A stretch of 64,000 nt of DNA from an uncultured Pseudomonadota bacterium (GTDB lineage Bacteria; Pseudomonadota; Alphaproteobacteria; RF32; CAG-239). The first letter of the stretch is position 1. Each line of letters begins with the position of its first letter. The translations under genes were made by a program, and so were the position numbers. Of this stretch, positions 18,907 through 27,884 are shown in pieces. Below the pieces are notes generated by a model that saw only the letters and a list, made by a program, of their open reading frames with translations, did no database searches and was not told the origin of the DNA. Where the stretch lies: assembly GCA_949297185.1 (NCBI GenBank), contig CASFRM010000003.1:1397-65396 (forward strand), in the 5' to 3' direction.

Positions 18907-20673
18907 ATGAATAAATATCGTACACATACCTGCGGTGAGTTACGCAGAGAAGATATCGGCAAAAAGGTTAAACTTGCCGGTTGGATACAACGAAAACGCA
19001 ATTTGGGAAATTTGTGCTTCGTTGATTTGCGAGATCATTACGGAATTACGCAGTGTGTGTTCGATAGCAGCTCTGATTTGTTTGCAAAAATAGAAGCTTT
19101 GCGTCCGGAATCGGTGATTGGAATCGACGGCGAGGTTATTTTGCGTGAGAGCATTAATAAAAATATGCCAACCGGTGAAATCGAAATTAAAGTTAATGAT
19201 TTATGCGTATATTCAACCGCTGAGGTTTTGCCGTTTCAGATTGCAGTAGAAGACGATGCTCCGGAAGAAATTCGCCTTAGATACCGTTTCTTGGATTTGC
19301 GCAAAGAAAGAGTTCATAAAAATATTTTGTTCCGTTCAAAAATTATCCAACGCTCTCGTGAATTAATGATGGAACAAGGATTTACCGAATATCAAACCCC
19401 AATTTTAACAGCCTCGTCTCCGGAAGGTGCGCGCGACTTTTTGGTGCCGTCAAGATTAAACCCCGGGAAGTTTTATGCCTTGCCGCAAGCTCCGCAGCAG
19501 TTCAAACAGCTGTTGATGGTGTCGGGTTTTGACAGGTATTTCCAAATTGCACCTTGTTTCAGAGATGAAGATCCCAGAGCCGATCGTTCTCCGGGTGAGT
19601 TCTATCAGATGGATATGGAAATGAGTTTTGCCACTCAAGAAGATGTGTTTAAGGTTATTGAGCATACTTTGGGTACTATCTTTAATGAGTTTGCTAATGG
19701 TAAGAAAGTTGATCAGGCTCCGTTTATACATATTCCTTTCCGTGAGGCAATGGCAAAATATGGTTCTGATAAGCCGGATTTAAGAAATCCGCTTGTTTTG
19801 CAAAATGCTACAGCATTCTTTGGTAATAGCGGTTTTGGGGTTTATGATGGTTTGGTGAAAGAAGGCAAAACCGTTAAGGCTGTTACAGTTAAACAGATTG
19901 CCGAGAAGCCGCGTTCGTTTTTTGATAAATTAGACACTTATGCCAAAGAAGAAGGAATGGGCGGTATTGCTTATGTTGCTTTTGCCGAGGCCGGAAATAA
20001 AGGTATTGCCAAATTGTTGAGCGAAGAGAAACTTAACGAATTAAAGACAACCTTTAATGCCGAAGACGGTGATGCCGTTATATTTATGGTCGGCAAAGGT
20101 ATGAAATTTGATAAATTCAGCGGCAGATTGCGTAATAAACTGGGTGAAGAACTTGGTTTGATTGACAAAAATGCTTTCAAGATGTGCTGGATTGTCGATT
20201 TCCCGTTCTATGAGGAAAATGAAGAAACCGGTGAAGTAGAGTTTTCTCACAACCCGTTCTCTATGCCGCAGGGTGGTATGGATGATTTGCTAAATAAAAA
20301 TCCGTTGGATATTTTGGCATATCAATACGACTTTGTATGCAACGGTGTTGAATTGTTGTCGGGTGCGGTCAGAAATCATGAGCCGGATATTATGTATAAG
20401 GCTTTTGAAATTGCCGGCTATGGCAATGATGTGGTTGATGCCAAGTTCGGTGGTATGATTAGTGCATTTAAATTTGGTGCACCACCGCACGCCGGTTCGG
20501 CCTATGGTATGGACAGATTGGTAATGTTGTTGTTGGATGAAGAAATAATCCGCGATGTAATTGCGTTTCCGTTGAACGGTAAGGCGCAAGATTTGATGAT
20601 GCAGGCTCCTAATTTGCCGACCGAAAAGCAACTTAAAGAATTGCATATCAAGGTTGATTTAGCTAAAGAATAG
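18907..20673 (+). CDS. aspS: aspartate--tRNA ligase
   Basis: 588 aa with class IIb motifs ([14 protein letters not shown]) and an N-terminal OB fold. Confidence 0.95.
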   Translation: MNKYRTHTCGELRREDIGKKVKLAGWIQRKRNLGNLCFVDLRDHYGITQCVFDSSSDLFAKIEALRPESVIGIDGEVILRESINKNMPTGEIEIKVNDLCVYSTAEVLPFQIAVEDDAPEEIRLRYRFLDLRKERVHKNILFRSKIIQRSRELMMEQGFTEYQTPILTASSPEGARDFLVPSRLNPGKFYALPQAPQQFKQLLMVSGFDRYFQIAPCFRDEDPRADRSPGEFYQMDMEMSFATQEDVFKVIEHTLGTIFNEFANGKKVDQAPFIHIPFREAMAKYGSDKPDLRNPLVLQNATAFFGNSGFGVYDGLVKEGKTVKAVTVKQIAEKPRSFFDKLDTYAKEEGMGGIAYVAFAEAGNKGIAKLLSEEKLNELKTTFNAEDGDAVIFMVGKGMKFDKFSGRLRNKLGEELGLIDKNAFKMCWIVDFPFYEENEETGEVEFSHNPFSMPQGGMDDLLNKNPLDILAYQYDFVCNGVELLSGAVRNHEPDIMYKAFEIAGYGNDVVDAKFGGMISAFKFGAPPHAGSAYGMDRLVMLLLDEEIIRDVIAFPLNGKAQDLMMQAPNLPTEKQLKELHIKVDLAKE

Positions 20674-20690
20674 AGGCTTAAGGCAAAATA

Positions 20691-20722
20691 AAACCCGCGA
20701 TTTTAATCGCGGGTTTTATTTT
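20691..20722. terminator. bidirectional rho-independent terminator
   Basis: CCCGCGAT pairs with ATCGCGGG, flanked by an A run and a T run. It lies between the convergent aspS and DUF192 genes. Confidence 0.75.
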
Positions 20723-20728
20723 ATTGTT

Positions 20729-21478
20729 TTATAGAGGGCTTGGAACCGGAAGTTTTACCGGTGCGTTAGCTTGAGCATTGGGGCCTTTGGGCATAACCGG
20801 TGCGTTAGCTTGAGCATTGGGACCTTTGGGCATAACCGGTGCGTTAGCTTGAGCATTGGGGCCTTTGGGCATAACCGGTGCGTTAGCTTGAGCATTGGGG
20901 CCTTTGGGTATAGCCGGTGCGTTAACTTGAGCATTGGGGCCTTTGGGCATAGCCGGTGCGTTAACTTGAGCGTCGGGCCCTTTGGCAATGGTTGGAACTT
21001 CAGGTGTGACAACATCGGATAAGCTGGTCATATTATTTAAAATCGCATGATTTACCTTGTCACCTACTTTAATGCCATAGCGGCGGACTTGTCCGGCATT
21101 TAGTTCAATTACCGCTCTTACCGGTTCTTTGCAAATGATCAAATCCTCAGACATAGGAGTGGCGTTTTCTTTAATCATGATGATTGAAGCATTGGGAGCA
21201 ACAAAGAGCATATCTAAAGCAATTTTGGTATTTTTCATCCACATTCCGGTTGGACGAACGGGATAGATATCAAAAATCATACCATTGTTAGCCGGCATTT
21301 CGGTTCTGTACATTAAACCGGTTTGCAATTCTTCCAAGGATTTAGCTGTTTCTACATTAAAACGCACTTCGCCGTTGGCGGTGTTAATCACCAAAGGAGA
21401 GGTTGGGCGTTGTTCATTTTCGGGAGAGCAGGCAAACAAAAATAATGTGCCGAGTAAAACGGTGAAAATTTTTGACAT
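20729..21478 (-). CDS. exported DUF192 protein with C-terminal Pro/Asn/Ala tandem repeats
   Basis: Lipobox LFLFACS. DUF192 core (GLMYRTEMPANNGMIFDI...MWMKNTKIALDMLFV...AVIELNAG). The C-terminus carries six repeats of PKGPNAQ(A/V)NAP(V/A)(M/I). Confidence 0.8.
   Translation of the reverse strand: MSKIFTVLLGTLFLFACSPENEQRPTSPLVINTANGEVRFNVETAKSLEELQTGLMYRTEMPANNGMIFDIYPVRPTGMWMKNTKIALDMLFVAPNASIIMIKENATPMSEDLIICKEPVRAVIELNAGQVRRYGIKVGDKVNHAILNNMTSLSDVVTPEVPTIAKGPDAQVNAPAMPKGPNAQVNAPAIPKGPNAQANAPVMPKGPNAQANAPVMPKGPNAQANAPVMPKGPNAQANAPVKLPVPSPL
20757..20990. repeat. 39-bp tandem repeat, 6 copies, in frame within CDS 20729-21478
   Basis: The unit ACCGGTGCGTTAGCTTGAGCATTGGGGCCTTTGGGCATA starts at 20757, 20796, 20835, 20874, 20913 and 20952. 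The first three copies are identical or differ by one base; the last is degenerate. Confidence 0.9.
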
Positions 21479-21490
21479 TAGAGATACTCC

Positions 21491-22036
21491 TTATTTTTTT
21501 AATTTACGCGGATGCCAGGAGGATACCTGAACAGGTCCGTTCTGTGATAACATTATTTTTTTGGTGTTGGCCGGAGATTTTACAAAAGAGAAATCTTCCG
21601 GTGAACCTTGAATCGATTGAGCAAAAGAATCGACCAATCTGCTGACATCAACCACTGTTTCTTTGAGAGAATTATAGTTTTTTTGCCAGCAGTTGAGAGA
21701 TGTGATAAATTCATTCAGCTCATAATCGCTTAAGGGTGAGTACTTCTTCCATATTAGCTCCAAAAAGGCAGTCGTATTTTCATCAAAAGCCACCGTAGGC
21801 ATTAGTGGAAGACCAAACTTTAAGATGCTTTGCAGTCCGGCTTCATAAAAACCCGATTTGCTGCATATAAAAAACGATGGTATCAGTAGACGACCTTCTT
21901 TTAGCAGGTGGTGAATTTGAGCCAAAAACAGAAGATGCTGCATTTTATCATCACTCAAAGACAAACCTTGCCGTTCGGCTCTTTTATTGAACCAATCAGC
22001 AATTTCAATGGAAGAAAAAAAGTTGCGTTTATCCAT
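21491..22036 (-). CDS. DUF4065 (Panacea/GepA-like) domain protein
   Basis: SIEIADWFNKRAERQGLSLSDDKMQHLLFLAQ...F and IWKKYSPLSDYELNEFITSLNCW follow the DUF4065 pattern (IANYF..., KLQKLLYYAQ, ...eLs..tH...pW). The usual W.YGPV block is degenerate. Confidence 0.55.
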   Translation of the reverse strand: MDKRNFFSSIEIADWFNKRAERQGLSLSDDKMQHLLFLAQIHHLLKEGRLLIPSFFICSKSGFYEAGLQSILKFGLPLMPTVAFDENTTAFLELIWKKYSPLSDYELNEFITSLNCWQKNYNSLKETVVDVSRLVDSFAQSIQGSPEDFSFVKSPANTKKIMLSQNGPVQVSSWHPRKLKK

Positions 22037-22215
22037 TTTGACACCAAAAAAATACTACTTTGTGCCGTATTATAACGGTAATATCGCTAAATACAAATAA
22101 ATATTGCAAGATAATAACTTTATTTTATTTGCTAAAAAAATATTTTTTGCTATTGTGTAAAAGCAATTATTGTTTTATCTTGCTTGCGTTGTAAGTTTTT
22201 TAGTGGAGTGGTTTT

Positions 22216-22950
22216 ATGCTGGTGCAAAATATGAAATCTGTTTTAACGGCTTTGATGGGCGTAGCTATGCTTAGCGCTTGTTCTTCTGCTGTGTTTCCTG
22301 ATTTTGAGGATGAAGACAGCGAAGTAATAATTCATGAAGGCGGAAAAGTGGAACTCAGAAAAATCGAAAATAACGGCGTGCTGGTTGCCGATAAGGATAA
22401 TGCCGCTTATGAAGGCGAAGAGGAAAAAACAGAGGTAAAAACAGAGACTCCGGCTGTTGAAAAAGTTACTCCGGCTAAAGTGGTAAGAGTTAAAAAAGAA
22501 GATGTTAAGCCTTTGGAAAAAGAGAATGAAAAAGTTGTGGTTATGCAAGATGAAGTCATCGAAGATGAGGAACCGCAAGAAAAAACTCCGACCATGCACT
22601 ATCTGGCCGCAACAGTTTATTTTGAAAACGGCGGTGCCGTAGTGGATTCATCTTATAACGCAACTTTGAAAAAAATTGCCAAAATAGTTAAAGAAAATGA
22701 TGCAACAGTCACCGTCTACGGATTTGCATCATCTCGTACCAGAGATACCGATCCGGCTTCTCATAAGCTGGCTAATTTTAAGGTATCGGCCGAAAGAGCG
22801 GATAATACAGCTAGAGCTTTGCGTCGTGCAGGTGTTCCGGCTAGTAAAATCTCGGTGCAGGCATTGTCGGATTCAATGCCTCTGTATCAGGAAGTTATGC
22901 CCGAAGGCGAAAGACTTAATCGTCGTGCCGAAATTTATCTGACATACTAA
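22216..22950 (+). CDS. OmpA-family lipoprotein
   Basis: Lipobox MLSACSS, an E/K-rich linker, and a C-terminal OmpA-like domain (VYGFASS...SAERADNTARAL...NRRAEIYL). Confidence 0.85.
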   Translation: MLVQNMKSVLTALMGVAMLSACSSAVFPDFEDEDSEVIIHEGGKVELRKIENNGVLVADKDNAAYEGEEEKTEVKTETPAVEKVTPAKVVRVKKEDVKPLEKENEKVVVMQDEVIEDEEPQEKTPTMHYLAATVYFENGGAVVDSSYNATLKKIAKIVKENDATVTVYGFASSRTRDTDPASHKLANFKVSAERADNTARALRRAGVPASKISVQALSDSMPLYQEVMPEGERLNRRAEIYLTY

Positions 22951-22964
22951 ATTTGAAAGATATC

Positions 22965-24725
22965 ATGAGCGAGAGCAGCATATCTTTAGGCGGAAATTTG
23001 TGGCAAATAACAGCTTGCGATGAGAGGTTTGCCGAGGTGTTATCGCAACGGTATGACTTGCCTCCGGTAATGGCTAAAATAATGGCAATCAGAGGTATTT
23101 CTGCTGAGAGCGTGGATAGTTTCTTAAATCCTAAATTGAGCAATTTGATGCCGGATCCTTTTGTGTTAAAAGATATGCAAAAGGCTTCGGAAAAAGTAGT
23201 TCAGGCAATAATTAACCAGCAAAATATTGCTATAATCGGCGATTATGATGTCGATGGTGCTACATCAACATCGGTTATGAAATTATTTTTACGAGATGTC
23301 GGTGTTGAGCCAATGGTTCATATTCCCGATAGAGAAGAAGGATATGGCCCGAGTAAAGAAGCCATAGATGATTTTTATAATGCCGGTTGCAGATTGTTGC
23401 TTACTCTTGATTGCGGGACAACAGCTTTTGAACCCTTGGAATATGCCTCAAGTTTAGGAATCGATGTTATTGTATTGGATCATCATGAAGCAGAGGTTAA
23501 ATTACCCAAAGTTTATGCGGTGGTTAATCCAAAAAGACTTGATGAAGATAATGACTATCCTTATCTCAAATATATGGCTGCCGTCGGTGTGGTGTTTATG
23601 TTTACTGTAGCACTTAACCGAAGCTTGAGACAAAACGGGTATTACTCGGCCGGCAGAAATGAGCCAGATTTGAAAAAATGGTTGGATTTGGTTGCGTTAG
23701 GGACGGTATGTGATGTGGTGCCGCTAAAAGGACTTAATCGGGCTTATGTGGCACAAGGCTTGAAAGTTATGGCTCAAAGAAATAATAAAGGTCTTACGGT
23801 CTTGATGGATAAGGCTAATTTGAGCGAGGCACCGACAGCTTTCCATTTAGGTTATGTGTTGGGGCCGAGAATTAATGCTTGCGGTCGTGTCGGTGATGCC
23901 GATATGGGAAACCAGCTTTTATGTTGTGATAGTGATTATCAAGCTCAGCTTTTGGCCGATAAATTAAATGAGTTTAATGTATCTAGAAAAGATATCGAAA
24001 ATTATGTGCTGCAAGATGCTATCGAAAAATTGGAAGGAACACCGCAACAATATCCGATTGCTTTTGTGTATGGTAAAGATTGGCATCAGGGAGTGATTGG
24101 TATTGTGGCCGGAAAACTCAAAGAAAGGTACAATCTTCCGGCATTTGTAATGTCGGTGGAAAATGATGAGGTAAAAGGTTCGGCTCGTTCTATTCCGCAG
24201 GTGGATTTGGGAATGTTGATCGTTGCCGCTAAGGAAAAAGGGCTTATTACCAAAGGCGGTGGGCATATGATGGCTGCCGGTTTTTCTCTTGAGGAAGATA
24301 AGCTGGAAGAGTTTAGAGAATTTGTCGGAAGCTATGTAAAAGAAAAAATCGGTGATGAGGCCATTACTCCGGTGGTTGAAATTGATGCAGTGTTGGATGT
24401 TGGCGGAGCTAATTCACAACTGGCCGATAATTTAGCAAAATTAGAGCCTTTCGGAGCCGGAAATCCGGAACCGAGATTGTTGCTTAAGAATGTGAGAATT
24501 ATCAAACCGGCAATGGTTGGAGTGGGGCATGTGCGCTGTATTTTGACCTCGGAAAACGGCGGCAGCATAAAAGCGATTGCATTTAGAGTCGGTGATAATG
24601 AAATCGGTAATGCCATGCTCAACCCGCAAGGTGCAAAGTTTGATGCCGTCGGGGTGTTGCGTCGTGATCATTGGAACGGCAGAGATGATGTGCAGTTTAT
24701 TATAGAAGATTTGAGGAAAAATTGA
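22965..24725 (+). CDS. recJ: single-stranded-DNA-specific exonuclease RecJ
   Basis: DHH motifs GDYDVDGATS, DCG and VLDHH, plus a DHHA1 region (GGGHMMAAG). Confidence 0.95.
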   Translation: MSESSISLGGNLWQITACDERFAEVLSQRYDLPPVMAKIMAIRGISAESVDSFLNPKLSNLMPDPFVLKDMQKASEKVVQAIINQQNIAIIGDYDVDGATSTSVMKLFLRDVGVEPMVHIPDREEGYGPSKEAIDDFYNAGCRLLLTLDCGTTAFEPLEYASSLGIDVIVLDHHEAEVKLPKVYAVVNPKRLDEDNDYPYLKYMAAVGVVFMFTVALNRSLRQNGYYSAGRNEPDLKKWLDLVALGTVCDVVPLKGLNRAYVAQGLKVMAQRNNKGLTVLMDKANLSEAPTAFHLGYVLGPRINACGRVGDADMGNQLLCCDSDYQAQLLADKLNEFNVSRKDIENYVLQDAIEKLEGTPQQYPIAFVYGKDWHQGVIGIVAGKLKERYNLPAFVMSVENDEVKGSARSIPQVDLGMLIVAAKEKGLITKGGGHMMAAGFSLEEDKLEEFREFVGSYVKEKIGDEAITPVVEIDAVLDVGGANSQLADNLAKLEPFGAGNPEPRLLLKNVRIIKPAMVGVGHVRCILTSENGGSIKAIAFRVGDNEIGNAMLNPQGAKFDAVGVLRRDHWNGRDDVQFIIEDLRKN

Positions 24726-25432
24726 TGGCTGATAAGGAAGTTTTGCTCAAAAGAGCTAAAAATATTAAAAAGATTAAAGAAATGCGTTTGCAAAAAGAAC
24801 GCGAAGTCTTTATGAAATTGGGGGCTAAGCTCAGAGCTTATTTGTTTACCGGTATATTGGTTACGGCACCGGTGGCAATAACTTTTTATCTGGCATATAA
24901 ATTTATTTTGTGGGTGGATGTGTTTGTCAACAAAATGTTGCCGCCAGAATATCAGTTAAATACATATTTGCCGATGACAATTCCCGGATTGGGATTGGTG
25001 GTTCTTATTGTATTTTTGACTTTGGTCGGAATGTTTGCTGCCGGATTTTTGGGAAGTTTCTTTATTCGCTTGGGTGAATGGTTTGTGGGAAGAGTGCCGT
25101 TGCTATCGTCAGTTTACTCTTTGCTAAAACAAATATTTGAGGCTGTATTTTCAAGTAAAACTCAAGCATTTAAACGTGTAGTTATGTTGGAATATCCCAG
25201 AAAAGGTATCTGGATTTTGGGATTGGTAAGCGCCGATTTGAAAGGTGAGGTTGAGGCAAAATTGCCCGATGAGATGGTTAATGTGTTTATACCGACAACG
25301 CCAAACCCAACATCGGGATTTTTAATCTTTGTGCCGAAAAAAGATGTGATTGAAATGGATATGTCGGTGGAAGAGGCTATCAAGTTTATTGTTTCAGGTG
25401 GTTTGGTCGAGCCGAAAAAAAATCTTAAGTAG
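24725..25432 (+). CDS. DUF502 membrane protein
   Basis: Two TM helices and PLLSSVYSLLKQIFEAVF...VMLEYPRKGIWILG...IPTTPNPTSGFLIFVP. TGATG overlap with recJ. Confidence 0.8.
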   Translation: MADKEVLLKRAKNIKKIKEMRLQKEREVFMKLGAKLRAYLFTGILVTAPVAITFYLAYKFILWVDVFVNKMLPPEYQLNTYLPMTIPGLGLVVLIVFLTLVGMFAAGFLGSFFIRLGEWFVGRVPLLSSVYSLLKQIFEAVFSSKTQAFKRVVMLEYPRKGIWILGLVSADLKGEVEAKLPDEMVNVFIPTTPNPTSGFLIFVPKKDVIEMDMSVEEAIKFIVSGGLVEPKKNLK

Positions 25433-25517
25433 ATGTAATTTTGTTCTTGCATAATTAAAAAAACAAATATAGTTTCATTGCCATATTTTCGTATTATTAA
25501 TTTTAAATATATGGCTT

Positions 25518-25919
25518 ATGGAATTGAAAAAACAAAAACTGGCAACACAGGAAGCAGTACTAAATTTTTTTCCGAGTGATGACTTTAAAAGGGTTGGATC
25601 TACTTTGTTTTTGTACACAAGTGCCGGAGAGGTACTGAGAAAAAGAGTGTATGAGGCTTATAGACGGTATGGCGTTGATCTTAATGTCTTGTGTATGAAG
25701 ATTCCCTATTTTGTGGGAGAAAAGATAAAGGCGGAAAAATTGAAAACAAAATTCGGAGGGATGCTTTATCCGTCAGAATATTGCTTTTTAGGTGTTGAGC
25801 CAAGAGATATTTGGATATGGGAAGGGGACAATTATAATGTTCTATCCACAGTATCCAAAGAACAGCTCGAAAAACTGCAAAACTTTGATGCAGAAGAAAT
25901 GGAGTTGTTGTTATTTTAG
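25518..25919 (+). CDS. hypothetical protein
   Basis: 133-aa ORF followed by a terminator. No family recognised. Confidence 0.45.
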   Translation: MELKKQKLATQEAVLNFFPSDDFKRVGSTLFLYTSAGEVLRKRVYEAYRRYGVDLNVLCMKIPYFVGEKIKAEKLKTKFGGMLYPSEYCFLGVEPRDIWIWEGDNYNVLSTVSKEQLEKLQNFDAEEMELLLF

Positions 25920-25927
25920 GGGTTGGT

Positions 25928-25965
25928 AAAACGGTGAGACGTGTTCTCACCGTTTTCGGTTTTTA
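25928..25965. terminator. bidirectional rho-independent terminator
   Basis: AAAACGGTGAGA pairs with TCTCACCGTTTT. It lies between convergent genes. Confidence 0.7.
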
Positions 25966-26994
25966 TGGGGTCTTGCGGTGAAATCCATAGTCTGATGAGA
26001 TTTTTCTGCCGATTGATGCTATTTTATTGCTAAGCTCCGATAGATTGTCGTCTTTGACACAGTTGGTTGTAGATTTCCCAGGATATAGTTCGTAGTTTTT
26101 GCGGTATTCTGCCAGTGTTATATTGGGCATGATAACATTGGCTCCGGATTGTAAGGCCAGAAGTTGTCCGTTGGGAGCAAGTGTTTCCATGGCGGTGGTG
26201 GCCGGAATGTTGATATCGGGCAGTAGAAGTCTGGTTAATGCCATAACTTTGAGTGAAAGTTCAAGGCTGCCGCCCTGACAGTCTTTGAGAGGGGTATTAG
26301 GGTGAGGGATAAACGGGCCAATGCCTATCATATCGGCGTTGATTGCTTTGAAAAACAATATGTCATCGGCTAAAGAGCTTAAGGTTTGTTCTGGAAGTCC
26401 GACCATAACACCGGAACCGATTTCTAATCCTGATATGCCGATGTCTTTTAGGCAGCGGCGGCGGTTATTCCAACTCATATCAGGGTCGAGACGATGATAT
26501 AAGTCTTTATCGGTGGTTTCTATGCGCAAAAGAAATCTATCGGCTCCGGCTTGACGGTAAGCCATATATTCTTCGGTGCTTTTTTCGCCGATGCTTAATG
26601 TCAGTGCAATATCCAGAGTTTTGAGACGCTTGATTATGGAACACATAATTTCTTGGGTAAAATACATATCTTCGCCAGATTGTAATACCACGGTTTTTAA
26701 TCCGAGTGTGTTGCTGGCGTACTCGGCTAGGTTAAATATTTCATCTGAACTTAGGCGGTATCTGGTGATATTGCGGTTATCTCGTCTTAGGCCGCAATAT
26801 AGGCAGTTGTTGCGGCAGATGTTGGAAAATTCTATAAGTCCTCTTAGATGAATTTCATCACCAACATATTCTTTTCTGACTTTATCAGCGGTTAAAAAAA
26901 GCTCGGAATTTAAGTCGTTTGAGGATAATATTTGTAATATTTCTTCGTGGTTAAGCTCGTGGGTCAGAGCGGCTTTTTTTATGAGGTTATTCAT
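25963..26994 (-). CDS. HydE-type (BioB/PylB-like) radical SAM enzyme
   Basis: 343 aa. Cluster motif in the context EFSNICRNNCLYCGLRRDN, then VLQSGED, LSIGE, RFLLRIET, GSGVMVGLPEQT, IGIGPFIPHPNTPL, IPATTAM and GANVIMPN. This block order is what I remember for [FeFe]-hydrogenase maturase HydE. Confidence 0.8.
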   Translation of the reverse strand: MNNLIKKAALTHELNHEEILQILSSNDLNSELFLTADKVRKEYVGDEIHLRGLIEFSNICRNNCLYCGLRRDNRNITRYRLSSDEIFNLAEYASNTLGLKTVVLQSGEDMYFTQEIMCSIIKRLKTLDIALTLSIGEKSTEEYMAYRQAGADRFLLRIETTDKDLYHRLDPDMSWNNRRRCLKDIGISGLEIGSGVMVGLPEQTLSSLADDILFFKAINADMIGIGPFIPHPNTPLKDCQGGSLELSLKVMALTRLLLPDINIPATTAMETLAPNGQLLALQSGANVIMPNITLAEYRKNYELYPGKSTTNCVKDDNLSELSNKIASIGRKISSDYGFHRKTP

Positions 26995-27647
26995 TATTTT
27001 TTTATACTTTTGAGCGGAAAGGACGAGAGGATAAAATCTATTTGGGCGTCAATATAGTCGGATAAGCGTTTTTCTGATTTTTTGTCATAGCCGTTCCAGT
27101 CCATAAGCTTGCATATAAATTCTTCGCGAGAGGCGAAAACAAAAACTTGGGAAAACAGCATAATGATATAGAAGTAGCAATCTCTGAGGCTTATTTTGTT
27201 ATTTGAGGCCAGATTCAATAAATTGGCCATGCGGTCATGAACCGGACGAATAAGTTCGCTGTATAGGATATTAAATTCATCAGAGGGGCTGGAATATTCG
27301 CTTAGGAATATTTTTTTGACATTGTCGGAAATTTCTTTGCTGCAGACAATGGACACGAATTTCTGCATCATTTCTTTTAGAAAAGCGGCTGCTTCGGTCT
27401 TGTCTTTGCGTTCGATAACTTCTTGATAACGAGAAGTGTATTCTCCGGTTAGGTTGTTAACAGTATCGACAATCTTTTTTAAGGCTGCGGTATATATGCC
27501 TTTTTTGCCACCGAAATAGTAAAGAATAGAGGAGATGTTGATATTGGCTTTAGCCGCAATGTCTCTGGTTGAGGCACCTAAAAATCCGTTTTTAGCAAAT
27601 TCTTCAAAAGCACTGGAAAGCAGTTTGCTTTTTGAATCGTTTGCCAT
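26994..27647 (-). CDS. TetR/AcrR-family transcriptional regulator
   Basis: N-terminal HTH FAKNGFLGASTRDIAAKANINISSILYYFGGKKGIY. Its stop overlaps the start of the radical SAM gene by 1 nt. Confidence 0.9.
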   Translation of the reverse strand: MANDSKSKLLSSAFEEFAKNGFLGASTRDIAAKANINISSILYYFGGKKGIYTAALKKIVDTVNNLTGEYTSRYQEVIERKDKTEAAAFLKEMMQKFVSIVCSKEISDNVKKIFLSEYSSPSDEFNILYSELIRPVHDRMANLLNLASNNKISLRDCYFYIIMLFSQVFVFASREEFICKLMDWNGYDKKSEKRLSDYIDAQIDFILSSFPLKSIKK

Positions 27648-27841
27648 TTTTTATTCCTCCTAACTTGTTGGTTTGTATCAATATATGCCGGATTATGGTA
27701 TACATTTACAAAAATTACAACAATGTTTTATCCACTTTTGGAAAAATAGTATAATTTGTAGTTAAATCAAAGCGTTGTGTGATAAAAAAATGGTGAGGAC
27801 AGTGGGGCGTTTTTTTTTCCTTTACAGAATGAGTTTTTTCA

Positions 27842-27869
27842 AGTTACAAATGGAATATATTTTGTAACT
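27842..27869. promoter_or_regulatory. candidate TetR operator (perfect 9-bp inverted repeat)
   Basis: AGTTACAAA-N10-TTTGTAACT lies 16 nt upstream of the aas GTG. Related half-sites (TTACAAA, TTTGTAG) occur further upstream in the divergent intergenic region. Confidence 0.35.
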
Positions 27870-27884
27870 ATCGGAGAACTTTTT

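Noticed and set aside
20755-21022. Two long ORFs (86 aa minus strand in another frame, 83 aa plus strand) with repetitive translations overlapping the DUF192 gene.
   Set aside because: They exist only because the 39-bp tandem repeat keeps every frame open. The DUF192 frame has a signal peptide, a recognisable domain and a terminator.
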